Position numbers and translations under genes: made by a program. A stretch of 64,000 bases of DNA, from assembly GCA_035084275.1 (NCBI GenBank), contig JAYJKW010000399.1, positions 1,612,001 to 1,676,000 of the forward strand, read 5' to 3'. Of this stretch, positions 1-13,400 are shown one piece after another. The notes beneath the pieces were generated by a model, which made no database searches, was not told the origin of the DNA, and was given only the letters and a program-made list of their open reading frames with translations. Source of the stretch: Hydrolagus colliei (Eukaryota). Every line of letters starts with the position of its first letter. The first letter of the stretch is position 1.

Positions 1-1167
1 TGGTATCCAACAATATTTGACATCAACAAATGGCTTTCGGATCGCGTGTGTTACAGGATACGTAACAGTCCAGGATTGGCTCCACAAACTAAAGTACCTA
101 AAATAAAATTATTATGGTACAGCTGATTTCTGGTTGTGAGGAAGTTCCGTGGCGCTACACAGTATGCAGCTGACTTTTACAGGTCTCTGAGAGCAGGATC
201 GAGCAGGGGTTGGGCCGAACTCGTGTTGGAGCTGAGATGAGGGTGCAGCTCGTCTGGTAGGCGAAATAGAATCAATAGCGCAAAGAAACGGTTGGTTCCT
301 GATGTAGAACTCGAACTAGATGAGAGAGGACCAAGCCAGACACGCACAACAACAGTTTCGATTTATATAGGGGAACACCAAGCATGTCGGTGTGTCAGAT
401 TGCTTCAACCATGTTTGGGATGGAGCATTAGTACAGACAAAGAATGGAGTACTATTGTTATTAATCATAATTACATTTATTATTATACTTTTCAGCCATC
501 TTTCAGAATTTTTAAAGCATTTCAATAAATTCAGTGAATACACTGTAGATTTGTGGGTGGAATGTCGCAGGAAACCGCACAAAGCAGAGTCCCATAAATA
601 ACGGCAGAGTCAGTTGTGTTTTTGCCTATCACAGAGTTCAGTAGGGGCGACTGTGCAGAAGGAATGAAAGGTGTGAATCAGGATCTTGATCGCAATCCGC
701 CGGAAACTGACAGCCAAAATCTGACAACCTAAATATTCAATTGTACGGGATAATTGTTATTCAGGAAAGTTGGAAAATCACAAGGAGCCGCTGTATATTT
801 ATTTCCAGCTGAATTAAACGTAGACTGAACTTTGGTTTAACTTATCTTCCAATGGAAGCTATATCCACAACGTTGTTGTCCTCCAGCGCGGCACTGGAGC
901 AATTGCCTGCACTGTGACCTTAAATTCGTTGCCACGTGGTTTCACCCCATATTCGTCTTATTCTGAGATGAGAGTGTTTGATACGGGGCCAAACTGACAT
1001 CCAATCTCAGACAAACACTGGTAAGAGCTGCCGAGACCTGGCATTAAATATAATACAAAAAACAGTCCCAAAGGCTTTGACTGGACTCATCTTGAGACTC
1101 AAACGTAGTATCAGCACAGATCAGTGCGAATTTTTGTGACGTTACCTTCTTTTTGTTTTAATTTCAG

Positions 1168-1473
1168 ATCCGCCGCAGAAACCCATCATTTCCTTGAAAC
1201 CACAATACCGGAATTTTGTGGAAGGGGAAATTGCTGAGATATCATGTTCTGGGAATTATTACGGCAGCAAATTCTCTTTATACAGAGAAAACGAGATGAT
1301 AGCAACCACATCATCTGCACGATATAGTTATGTGGCAGCACCATTGCTTTACACAGCAACATTTACTCCATTTAAGATCATGACGGGAATTTACTGGTGT
1401 ATATACACTAAACAAACATACAGTCGAGAGCTCAAGTCGCCAGTGAGCGAGCGAGTGAGAATCTTCGTGAGAG
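1168..1473 (+). CDS. Gene A Ig exon 1 (C2-type, DPPQKPIISL...SC...YWC...SERVRIFVR)
   Basis: tttcag acceptor, gtaag donor, 306 nt, phase 1-1. Carries the KP-x-I-S-L start, two canonical Cys and the G-x-Y-W-C-x-Y...S-x-x-S motif typical of LRC-type Ig domains. Confidence 0.9.
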
Positions 1474-4400
1474 GTAAGAGCGAGAGCCTGCGATCTCTCA
1501 CCAATCTCTTTGGTCTCATCCAATTACCGGATTATTTTATGACCAGTTACTGACGGACACTAACAACAACAATTTCATATGATTTCATGTACTTTAGACG
1601 CCTCTAATGGCTATGTAGGAAACATCATCGAGTAAACTCACTGAAATGTTTGTGTGTAGAACAATCGGCTATCAATCTGGTAGATAATGAAAGGAAATTT
1701 GACAGTGTTTGTTCCATCGCCTTTTGAACGTCGCCTTGACAATAAATGCGCTATACTAGAGTAGTGCTGTTGTTGTTACTATCTAACAATCAAATGCATG
1801 TAATCGTAATTGGCAGAGAGCGCTCTTAAATAGGGCCCAGGAACTCTGGCTTCTACGAATCAAGCGTTTAAAACGATGCGTCACCTAATTATTTTTTGTA
1901 TAATAACAATATTCCTTCACGTTGAAACCACAACATGCCTCAACCACTTTTGAAAGTACAGTGATTGATGTTTCATGGCAAACGCAACATCCGACTTATG
2001 CACAGTAAATTCGCATGCACGAAGTGAGTTGGTATCCAACAATATTTGACATCAACAAATGGCTTTCAGATCGGGCGTGTTACAGGATACGTAACAGTCC
2101 AGGATTGGCTCCACAAACCAAAGTACCTAAAATAACATTATTGTGGTAAATCTTATTTCTGGTTGTGAGGAAGTTCCGCGGCGCTACACATTATGCAGCT
2201 GACTTTTACTGGTCTCTGGTAGGATGATCGAGCTGGGGTGGGGCCGAACTCGTGGTGGAGCAGAAATGAGAGTACAGCTCGTCTGGTAGGCGAAATAGAA
2301 TGAATAGCGCAATGAAACGGTTGGTTCCTGATGTAGAACTCGAACTTGGTGAGAGTGGACCAAGTCAGACAGCCCTAACAACAGCTTCGATTTATATAGG
2401 GGAACACCAAGCATGGCGGCGTCTCAGATTGCTTCAACCATGTTTGTGATGGAGCATTAGTACAGACAAAGAATGGAGTACTATTGTTATTAATCATAAT
2501 TACAGTTATTATAATACTTTTCAGCCATCTTTCAGAATTTTTAAAGCATTTCAATGAATTCAGTGAATACAATGTAGATTTGTGGGTGTAATGTCGCAGG
2601 CAACCGCACACAGCAGAGACCCATAAATAACGGCAGAGACAGTTGTGGTTTTGGCTATCACAGAGTTCAGTAGGGGCGACTGTGCAGATGGAATGAAAGG
2701 TGTGAATCAGGAACTTGATCGCAATCCGCCGGAAACTGACAGCCAAAATCTGACAACCTAAATATCCAATTGTACGGGATAATTGTTATTCAGGAAAGTT
2801 GGAAAATCACATGGAGCCGCTGTATATTTATTTCCAGCTGAATTAAACGTAGACTGAACTTCTGTTTAACTTATCTTCCAATGGAAGCTATATCCACAAC
2901 GTTATTGTCCTCCAGCGCGGCACTGGAGCAATTGCCTGCACTGTGACTTTAAATTCGTTGTCATGTGGTTTCATCCCATATTCGTCTTATTCTGAGATGA
3001 GAGTGTGAGATACGGGGCCAAACTGCCATCCAATCTCAGACAAACATTGGTAAGAGCTGCCGAGACCTGGCATTAAACATAATACAAAAAATAGTCCCAA
3101 AGGCTTTGACTGGACTCACGTTGAGACTCATACGTAGTATCAGCACAGATCAGTGCGAATGTTTGTAACGTTATCTTCTTTTTGTTTTAATTTCAGTTCC
3201 GCCGCTGAAACCCATCATTTCCTTGAAACCACAATGCCGGAATTTTGTGGAAGGGGAAATTGCTGAGATATCATGTTCTGGGAATTATTACGGCAGCAAA
3301 TTCTCTTTATACAGAGAAAACGAGATGATAGCTTCAACATCATCTTCACGATATAGTTATGTAGCAGCACCATTGCTTTACACAGCAACATTTACTCCAT
3401 TTAAGATCATGACGGGAATTTACTGGTGTATATACACTAAACAAACATACAGTCGAGAGCTCAAGTCGCCAGTGAGCGAGCGAGTGAGAATCTTCGTGAG
3501 AGGTAAGAGCGAGAGCCTGCGATCTCTCACCAATTTCTATAGTCTCATCCAATTACCGTATTGTTTTATGACCAGTTACTGACGGACACTAATAACAACA
3601 ATTTCATATGATTTCATCTACTTTAGACGCCTCTAATGGCTATGTAGGAAACATCTTCGTGTAACCTCACTGAAAAGTCTGTGTGTAGAATAATCGGCTT
3701 TCAGTCTGGTTGATGAAGAAGGGAAATTTGACAGTGTTTGTTTCATCGCCTTTCAACGTCGCCCTGACAATAAATGCGCTATACTAGTGTAGTTTTGTTG
3801 TAGTTATCATCCAACAATCAATTGCGTGTAATCTCCGTTGGCAGAGAGAGCTCTTAAAGAGGGCCCAGGAACTCTGGCTTCTTTGCAGCAAGGGAATATC
3901 TTTAAAACGAGGCGTCGCAAATTTTTTTATTTGTATAATAGCAATCGTCCTTCACGGTCAGACCACAATAAGCCTCAAACACTTTTGAAAGTGCACTGAC
4001 TGTTGTTTCATGGCAAATGCAATATCCGACTTATTCACAGTGAATTTGCACGCACAGTGGGGAAGTGAGTTGGTATCCAACAATATTTGACATCACCAAA
4101 TGGCGTTCGGATCGGGTGTGTCACAGGATACCTAAGAGTCCAGGATTGGCTCCACAAACCAAAGTAACTAAAATAAAATTATTATGGTAAAGCGTATTTC
4201 TGGTTGTGAAAATCTTCGTGGGAGGTACGAGCGAGAGCCTGCGCTCTATCAGCAATCTCTATCGTCTCACCCAATTACCTGCTTGTTTTATGACTAGCTA
4301 CTGAAAGACAATAGTAACTACATTTTCATATGGTTTGAAGGACTGGCGACTCCTGAAGTGGTTGCACAGAAAATATCATCGAGTAAATTCATATTTAGTG

Positions 4401-7400
4401 TGTGAAACAGCAATCAGCTTTCGATCTGGTTGATGCAGTAAGGACATTTTTCAATGTTTCTTCGAGCGTCTGGGAACTTCCCCCTGAAACTGAAGTCGCA
4501 ATACTGCGGTAATAATGTTGTTCTCGTTACTACCTAAGAATTAAATGCGGTCACCTCGGTTGTTAGAGAGCGCCCAAAGTTAGTTAACCAGGAACTCTGA
4601 CTTCTATCAAGAAAGAGGATATGTTTAAAACGATGCATCATCGATCAGTAATTTGTATGAAAACAATAATCCTTTATATTCGGTACACAACAAGTCTCAC
4701 GTCGTTGTGAGACGTTTCTTTGTGAAATTGTTATAATTCATTTTTCAGTCCAACACAACATCCAGTTTACTCACAGCAAAGTCCCATACATTGTTACAAA
4801 GTGAATTGCTAATCTAATTTATTGATATCACGAACTGAGTTTCACTTCCGGTGTGTCCCTGGATACGTAGCATTCCTGGCTTGGCTACATGAACACAAAT
4901 AGCCGAAACCATCATATGTATGCAGCGCACTGCTCATTCCGATAACACACCTAGGCGCTACACTCTGGAGCTGGGTGATACGGCTCTGATGGTGGAGGGG
5001 GAGTTATGCGGGATCGATCTCTGTTTGGGCTGATCACGCGGTGCGCCAGAGATGTGGGGAGGGGTTCGGGTGGGGTGATATAACTAATATAGCAATAAAA
5101 CGGTTAGGTGGTGAGTTAGAACTTGAACGAATGGAGAGAGGGAGCGGTCAGGTAGTCGTTTGGATGCACTTCCACTGAGGATAGGATGCATAGTTGATAG
5201 AGCACTTTTCACTCATTTTCTAGAAATCTCAAAGCACTTCACTGAATATCCTGTAAAGTGAATTGACAGTATATTTGTCAGTGAAATACGGCAGCATATC
5301 GCGCACTGCAGAGTTCCCCAAACAGTCGTGGAGTTAATTTGTTTTTTTACTTGATCGATTATTATTTGCAGTGTGATGTATGGAAATTTGCACAAAATTC
5401 CGATAGAGAACTCTATTGAGAGCTGCTGAAACAGGTTTTAATTACAGTCCACAGATCTGCCTTGTTTAAAATCACAAACAAATCAGATGTAAAAGATTCA
5501 GCTGCGCTTATTGTCGACTTTTATATATTTTGACGCATAGCAGATGAAAACAATTGTTCTGCCATTATCGTTATTGTATTTTATTTCCAGATCCGCTGCA
5601 GAAACCTACCGTTTCCCTAAACCAAGCGTCTGGTGTGTATGTGAGAGGGGAACGCGCTCAGATCTCGTGCTTTGGGAATTATCCTGACAGCAACTTCTCT
5701 TTCTACAAAGACAGCAAGATTGTCCCATTACTAACAGATACACCTGGTCGTTCCACAACAACATTTACCTCAACAAAGACCAATAAAGGAAGTTATTGGT
5801 GTCAATATTCCACACAAATAGGCAGCCGAGTGCTAAAGTCACAAATGAGCGAGCGCGTGAGCATCTCTGTGCAAGGTAGGAGCGGGAGCCTGGACTCGCA
5901 AATATCGGTAAAATCTCTCACAAAATGTGAAATTGCGTTATGACCAGTTCCATATGGACAATAATAATCGCAGCAGATATCACGTCCGCTAAACGCTTCA
6001 AATGACTACACTTAACACAATTTCAATAAACTCTCAATAATTAGGTGTGAAACAACATTGGATTGACAACCGGGTTCCTGCAAATTTCGAGGTTGCAGAT
6101 GTTCGTGAAGTAAGAATATTTCCCAAATGTTTCTTCCCACCCAACAATCAAAAGGTAGTGATGGTGCCCATCTGGTATTTGGGGACATGTGGGGACAGCT
6201 TGTGCTGAGCTGAATATTGGAGCTGATCTGGAGTTTGGGGGTTGAGCTGGGAGAGGTCTGAGCTGGTGGTTGGGCTGAGCTATATTTAGGGCTGAGCTCA
6301 AGGTGAGGCTGTGCTAGATAGAAATGGGGTTTCAGCTGTGAGTTTCCTGAGCTTTGGATGTGTTTGAACTGCGCGTAGGATGGAGTCAGGGTCTGGCTGC
6401 GCTGTCGATGAATCCGAGCTGCGAAAAAAGGCTGAGCTGGGGGTGGAGGCAGGTTTTTTGGTGGGATCTGAGATAGTGTTGCTCTCTGAGATGGGCAAGG
6501 GATTGAGCTATGGGTGTGTCTGAGCTGCAGATGAGCAGATCTTGAGATATTGTCTCATCTGGAGAAGGGGCTGAGCTGTTCGTTGTGACTAAGATGGTGG
6601 TCGGGCTGATTTGAAGGAGGCGCTAAACTGAAGGTAGGGCTGTTCTGGAGATGGGAGGTTGAGCTGCGGGACTGTATGAGCTGTAGGTGTTTGTGAATTG
6701 TGTATCGGATTGAACTGGTGGTGGGGATTGAGCAGCTCTTGGGTACTGATCTGGTAGTGTGTGTGAGCTGGTGGTGGGGGTTGAGCTGGGATTGGGACTG
6801 AGCTGGTGTTGGGGCTGAGCTGGGGTTGGAAGCTGTGCTTGTGTGCTCAGGTGGAGTGTGTTGGGGCTGCACTGGGATTGCGTCTAAGCTAAATTTCTGC
6901 CTGTGAGTCCAACTATCCCAAACTATTTTGTGCGAATCTGTTGCTCCTAAATTCTCAGTTTGATTCCGTGGCCGCGAAGACACGTATGCATATTACAATA
7001 GAGGGTTAGGCTTTATTGCCTTCCTCCTACCCAAGTCTGGAACTGTGTGTTACCCTTGACGCGCTGCCAAGCCATCTCACCAGCCATCTTCCAGCCATCG
7101 CGCCCTCTTCGTGTGTGCAAAGTAAAACTCGCTAGGGTCTGCCACTCAATCCCCAGTCACTCCAGTCTGTGATTCAAGTAAATTGTCACTTTTACTCTGA
7201 TCTGAACGAACCGTGTCTGTGCCGCAGAGCGAGTGTTTGTTAGATTATCTTTACTGTGTTTTCATTCCAGATCCGTTCCAGAAACCCAAAATTTCCCTGA
7301 ACGGGGTTTCCACGGAGATTGCGAGAGGAGATATCGCTGAGATCTCGTGTTCTGGGAATTATCCTGGCAGCACATTCTCTTTCTACAGAGACGGCGAGTT

Positions 7401-10400
7401 GATTACATCACGCCCAGCTCCAGAGAATAATAACACGGCCACATTCACCTCGTCGAACATCACCGGAGGAAACTACTGGTGTAAATACAGTACATACATA
7501 GGCGGCCGGGAATTCACATCACCAGAGAGTGATCGAGTGGGAATCTCTGTACTGGATAAGAGTTGAGTAAAATCTCGCACTATAACATGTTTTGCTTTGG
7601 ACCATTTTCAGCTGCTACTATTGTAACCACTATTTACAACGGTAGATCATAAGAACATATGAACAAGTTGTCTCTGCAGTATTGTCTGACTCCGCCCCTA
7701 ACTCACCCCAAATGCGGCTAAAACCCTCAGTTGTGCCTTGGTTAGTTCAATAAAGCGCTTGGAGACACCGCTCAGCATGGATGGCGCAATCGGAATCCAA
7801 ATTGTTGTTGTTGTTACATCTGGCTTGATTATGCGAATGCCTTGCTTGTCGGCCTTCCAATTCCTCTTTCCAAATATTGGAGATATTCCAGAACTCTGCG
7901 GCCTGTGTCCTCTATCGCTCCAAGCTTTTGTACGACTTCACTGGCACCCCATTATCCACTATTTTGTACGACTTCACTGGCACCCCATTATCCACTATTC
8001 AATAACTTGTTCCTCACATTTAATGCCCTCCACAATCTAGCCACACCCTCAATCCATGACCTTCTAATCCCTCCTCTCAGCAGACGCTGGCCGCGATCTA
8101 CCAACCACACCATTTGCGGACGAGCCTTTAGTTGCTCTGCCCCTAAACTCTGGAACACAAATCCGCGATCCCAACCCCTCACCCCATTCCTAGCCGCCTT
8201 CAACTTTAGCCTCAAGACCCTCTTCTACGATGGTCCCATCTGCACCATCTGCACCTCATAATCCCCTCCTTCCCATCACACCCACGCCCCCATCACCAGT
8301 TCGGATCTGACACACTGACTGACCAGCACCTTGTTCTGTGCTGCTGACGTGTTAGGCGCTCGACAAGTATAATTTGTTGTTATTGTTTAGCGCAAATGGC
8401 GCTTTTACATAATAGATGTTAATTAATTAGTTAACCCACGAAGTGATTCTAGTGAGGTCAGGCTGGAGGTAAATGCGACTGTTTCAATTGGAATAGAGAA
8501 ACGTAAAGCCCACGTTTAAACTCCTGTCCCATTTGTACTTCGGAAAATTCGGGAGAAGATGTTAACTCCTTGAAATCTTTAAAGTGGTGATATTTGTTCG
8601 GATGTTAGCTTTACAAATCGCCAAGTAACATGATTCCCATTTCCTTCTCTAGTAAACTGGACATGGAAGCACACGGCAGGACTGACAGTGGGGATTCTCA
8701 CTGCGATAGTAATAATTTTGTTTATTCTGGGATTCTGTTTGTATCAGAGAGGTGAGCGTTCATTATTGTCACGGAATATACCGTAGTATTGTTGGGACTA
8801 AAGGAAGACACATAATTGGAGCCAACCGCTCTCTATTTCCACCCAGTGTATTTCTGTAGATTGTTACCAGTGAACTGAGTTATCAACCAATAATAAAGAT
8901 TATAGTGAAAATCATGATAACAATAACAATAGTAAAGCTAACAAAGAAAATATTGATAATAGTGACAATAGTTACAATAATAATATTCGTCATAATATCC
9001 CAAAACCAGCATTAGTAATAATTAGTCATTATTAGTTTTAGAATAATTATACTAATAATTATTACCATTCGATGTTGTGCTCTCTGCATCCTCTAGACGT
9101 CTCAAAACAATTCAGAGCGTAAACATTCAGATGACGTGACTGTATGTTTTTTGACCCAGCTGTTAATTGTGCACAGCAGTTTCCCACCAACAGACTTGCA
9201 CTGAGTGACGTAATTGATATTACCATTGTTTATTTTTCAAGAATTAGTATCTGGTGGAAACTGACGCCCCAAATCGGGTTCCTACTGAAGTAGTTTTATT
9301 GTTGTTTCTGTTGTTGATATTGTTAGATAAACAGTGGCGACTGAATTGAGAATAGTTAACCAAAATTGTGTGCTGCAGGGGTACATATCTAGATCTCTTG
9401 CTTGTCAAGCTGGTGAAAGGGTCTGTGTGTGTACGTTTGTGCGTGGGATAGGCGGGTGGGTGTTGGGAGGTGGCTGAAGGAAAGTGTTATTGACAACGAT
9501 TGCATACGAAGTGTTTTGAGACTGGATGAATGTGGAGGATTATTAATACTAAACTTGCAACAATACGCTAGTACTTAATCATTTTTTAAATTTATTGTAT
9601 TTTGTATTAGCAGGCAAACAGAAAAGCAGTATGTAAGTACATTGCTTCACTTCTCCCATTCTGTGTTGTATCCGCAAAGTGTCTGTGTTGTTGCTCGCTC
9701 ACTCTCTGAAGCTCTATAGTCTAATCTGATTCCTTGCTCACTCTCTCTATCTCTCTATCCCCAACATGTCTCCCTTTGTTCTCGCTGCAAACTGGAGATC
9801 TCTACTCTGAACCAATTCATTGGTCTCTCTCCATCGCGTTCACCCAAACTCTCACCGTCAAGTTTTAGAAGGGCAGGCCAGGCACTGAGTATAAGGTATT
9901 TTACCGCTCAATCTGCAAGGCAACGCCCTAACTGTGGTGCTAACTGTGCAAGCAGAAATAAGCTTGAGCGAAACGTCTCCGCATTTTAAGCGATGAGCTT
10001 GTGAGATGCTATCCAGATGCGTAATTTGATGTCCGAGACAATTGTCAGTCTGTGGTCGAACTCAAGATCCTCATCCTCACCTTCCTGGCCATTCAAGGAC
10101 TTGCCCCCGCCTATCCCTCTGAAGTGAATTCTCCCTATCACTCAGCTGGCACTGCCAACTCCACGTCCACCGCCCTAACCGCATCACCATTGGTGGTCGT
10201 GCATTAGGCCAGCGTCTCTGCTCGCACCATGTGGGTCTCCATGCTGCAATCACTTCGCCTCACTTCCTCTCATTCCTCCGTCAAGGCTGGTCTCAAGAGG
10301 TCCTCTTCGACCTTGCCTTCTGTTTTTTTCCTAACTCTTCCCCCTCTCTTACTCTCCCTCCACTTCCTCCGACCCGGTCTATTATTTTCATCAACCGAGC

Positions 10401-13400
10401 ATATGCAGCCCTTTCGGGGAAGAGATTTCCATCAATTCACGACCAACTGAAAAGTGGAACTTCGAGAGTGGTGATCTCTGGGTTGCTTCCAGTGCCTCGA
10501 GCAAGCTAGTTCCAGAATGGTAGAATAAGGCACATCATTGCATGGCTGGAGAAGTGGTGTAGGAAGGAGGGTTTCTGGTTCCTAGACCATTGGGACCAAT
10601 TCTGGGGTAGGTGGTACCTGTACAAAATGGATAAGTTACACCTGAACAGGGCTGGAACCAATCTCCTTGCAGGGAGGTTGTCGCGTTTTGTAGGGGGGGG
10701 GGGGGGGGGGGGGCGTTAACCTAATCCCGGCGGGTGAGGGTGGGAAATTGAACGTAGTTCAGATACGGGAGGGGTAACAAAGAGGACAGGGGTAAGGGTA
10801 AGACGGGAGAAAAGTGCAGAGGAAGTAATTTGTGCCTTAGAGTGCATGTATGTAAATGCACAAAGTTTGAGAAATAAAATTGTTGAGCTGCAGGCTCAGG
10901 TTGCTGCGAGGCGACATGATGTTATAGCAGTAACAGAGACTTGGCTCAAGCATGGGCAGGAATGGGAGTTGAACATTCCTGGTTATAATGTATTCAGGAG
11001 GGACAGAGAAGGGAGAAAAGGGGGCGGGGTGGCAATTTTAGTGAAGGACTCAGTGACTACCTTAGAAAGGAACGAGGTGGAAGAAGGACTAAAAACCGAA
11101 TCCAGCTGGTTAGAAATGAGGAATACAAAAAGGGCAGTTACACTGTTAGGGGTATACTATAGACCACCAAATAGTGGGGAGGAGATAGACAAGCAGATCT
11201 GCAAGCGTATCACGGAGAAATGCAGAGCTAATAGAGTAGTGATAATGGGTGACTTCAACTATCCCAACATAGACTGGCAGAATAGTAGAGTAAAGGGCAA
11301 GGAGTGAGAAAAATTCCTGAAGTGTGTGCATGACAACTTTCTTGATCAGTCTGTTTCCAGTCCAATGAGGAACGAAGCATTGCTGGATCTAGTTTTGGGA
11401 AATGATGTAGGGCAAGTTCAACAGGTTTCTGTAGGTGAGCATCTAGGGAATAGTGAGCACAATATCGTTAGATTCAGAATAATTATGCAAAGGGATAAGG
11501 AACGATCACAGGTGAGGACACTCAACTGGAAAAGGGCTAATTTCAATGAGTGGAGGTGGGACCTACCCGAGGTGGATTGGAAAGAAAAATTGGCAGGTAA
11601 GACAACTAACGAGCAGTGGGCAGCGTTCAAAGAGGAGATAGTACAGGCGCAGGTCAAAAGCATCCCCACAAAGGTGAAATGTAAGGCATCCAAACCTCCC
11701 TGGATGACTAAGGAAATCGGGGCCAAAATAAAAAGTAAAAAAGAGGCTTATGATAAGAGTCAGGCTTAAAATTCAGAAGGGAACCAAGCAGAACATAGGA
11801 AGTGTAGGATAGAACTAAAAAAGGAAGTTAGAGGGGCAAAGAGACTGCATGACAAACAATTAGCGAGTAAGATTAAGGGGAACCCTAAGGTAGGTTTTTT
11901 ACCAACATATTAAGAGTAAAAGGTTGGTCAAGGATAGGGTGGAGCCAATTAGGGACATAGGAGGAAATCTCATTGTGGAGGCAGAGGGCATGGCTGATGT
12001 ACTGAATGAGTACTTCGCCTCTGTCTTCACAAAAGAAAAGGATACAGCCAATGCCATGGTATTGGAGGAGATGGTAGGAGAAATGGAAGGAATAATTATA
12101 ACCAGAGAGGAAGTGCTAAAAGGGTTGACGTCGCTCAAGGTGGATAAGTCACCTGTTCCGGATGGGATGCACCCTAGGTTACTAAGGAGAAAATAGCAGG
12201 GACTCTGGCCACGATCTTTCAATCTTCCTTGGACACAGGGGTCGTGCCAGAGGACTGGAGGATAGCTAATGTTACTCCCTTGTATAAAAATGGGCAGAAG
12301 GACAAACCTGGTAACTACAGACCAGTCAGTCTAACGTCGGTAGTGGGCAAACTTCTAGAGTCCATAATCAGGGAAAGGTAGATCTTCACTTAGAATTATA
12401 TAGGCTAATAAAGGACAGTCAACATGCATTTGTTAAAAGCAAATCTTGCCTTACAAATCTGATAGAATTTTTTGATGAGGTAACGGAATCGGTGTATAAT
12501 GGTAGCGCAGTTCATGTAGTTTACACGGACTTTCAAAAGGCATTTGACAAAGTTCCACATGAGAGACATATTATGAAATTAAAGGCCCATGGCGTAAAAG
12601 GGACAGTGGCAGCGTGGATCCACAACTGGCTGCGAGCCAGAAAGCAGAGAGTTGCAGTGAGCGGCTGTTTTTCAGATTGCAGGGAAGTGAGCAGTGGTGT
12701 GCCACAGGGATCAGTTTTGGGACCATTGCTGTTTGTAATCTACATCAATGATCTGGACCTGGGTGTACGGAGTACAGTTTCCAAGTTTGCAGATGACACT
12801 AAATTAGGGAGAATAGTAAATAGTGAAGAGGATAGTAGCCATCTGCAAGAGGATATAGACAAATTGGTAAAGTGGGCAGACACATGGCAGATGAAGTTTA
12901 ATGCAGAGAAGTCTGAGGTGATGCATTTTGGGAGACTAAATGAAGGGAGGCAATATAGGCTAGATAGTACAATTTTAAATGGTGTAAAGGAACAGAGAGA
13001 ACTGTGGATTTGTGTTAGTGACTCGTTGAAGGTGGCAGGACAGGTAGACAAGGCTGTTAAGAAGGCATATGGGATACTAGGCTTTATAAATAGGGGTATA
13101 GAGTAGAAAAGTCAGGAAGTGCTGACTAACCTCTATAGGACTTTGTTGAGGCCTCAGCTGGAATACTGTGTTCAATTCTGGTCACCACACTACAGAAAGG
13201 ATGTGAAGGCATTGGAAAGGGTACAACGAAGATTTACTAGGATGGTGCCAGGATTGAGGGACTTCAGCTATGAGGAGTGGCTAGATAGGCTAGGGTTATT
13301 CTCTCTGGAGCAGAGAAGATTGAGGGGAGACCTAATAGTGGTTTATAAGATCATGAGGGGTTTCGACAGGGCAAATAGAGAAAAACTATTTCCACTCGTG

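Larger units (their letters stand above)
1..4208 (+). repeat. Tandem duplication of a ~2.03-kb Ig-exon-containing unit (copies start at 1, 2030, 4071; third copy truncated)
   Basis: tggtatccaacaatatttgacatca recurs at 1, 2030 and 4071. The copies are colinear and highly similar, including the exons. Confidence 0.93.

Noticed and set aside
1474-1553. ORF-track extensions past Ig exon donors (also 3503-3582, 5876-5943, 36040-36173)
   Set aside because: These are intron read-through beyond intact GT donors, so I do not call them coding.
4053-4095. Isolated cacagtg heptamers (about 4053, 19162, 34442, 35453) as cryptic RSS in the receptor genes
   Set aside because: No nonamer-like sequence at 12 or 23 bp where I checked, and no V/D/J coding end adjacent.
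1-4208. CRISPR-like or prokaryotic repeat array
   Set aside because: The repeats are 2-kb exon-containing units in a spliced vertebrate gene; there is no short repeat-spacer structure anywhere in the window.
6555-6983. 142-aa minus-strand ORF and neighbouring P/S/Q-rich ORFs
   Set aside because: By-products of the low-complexity G-rich repeat; no domain signal.
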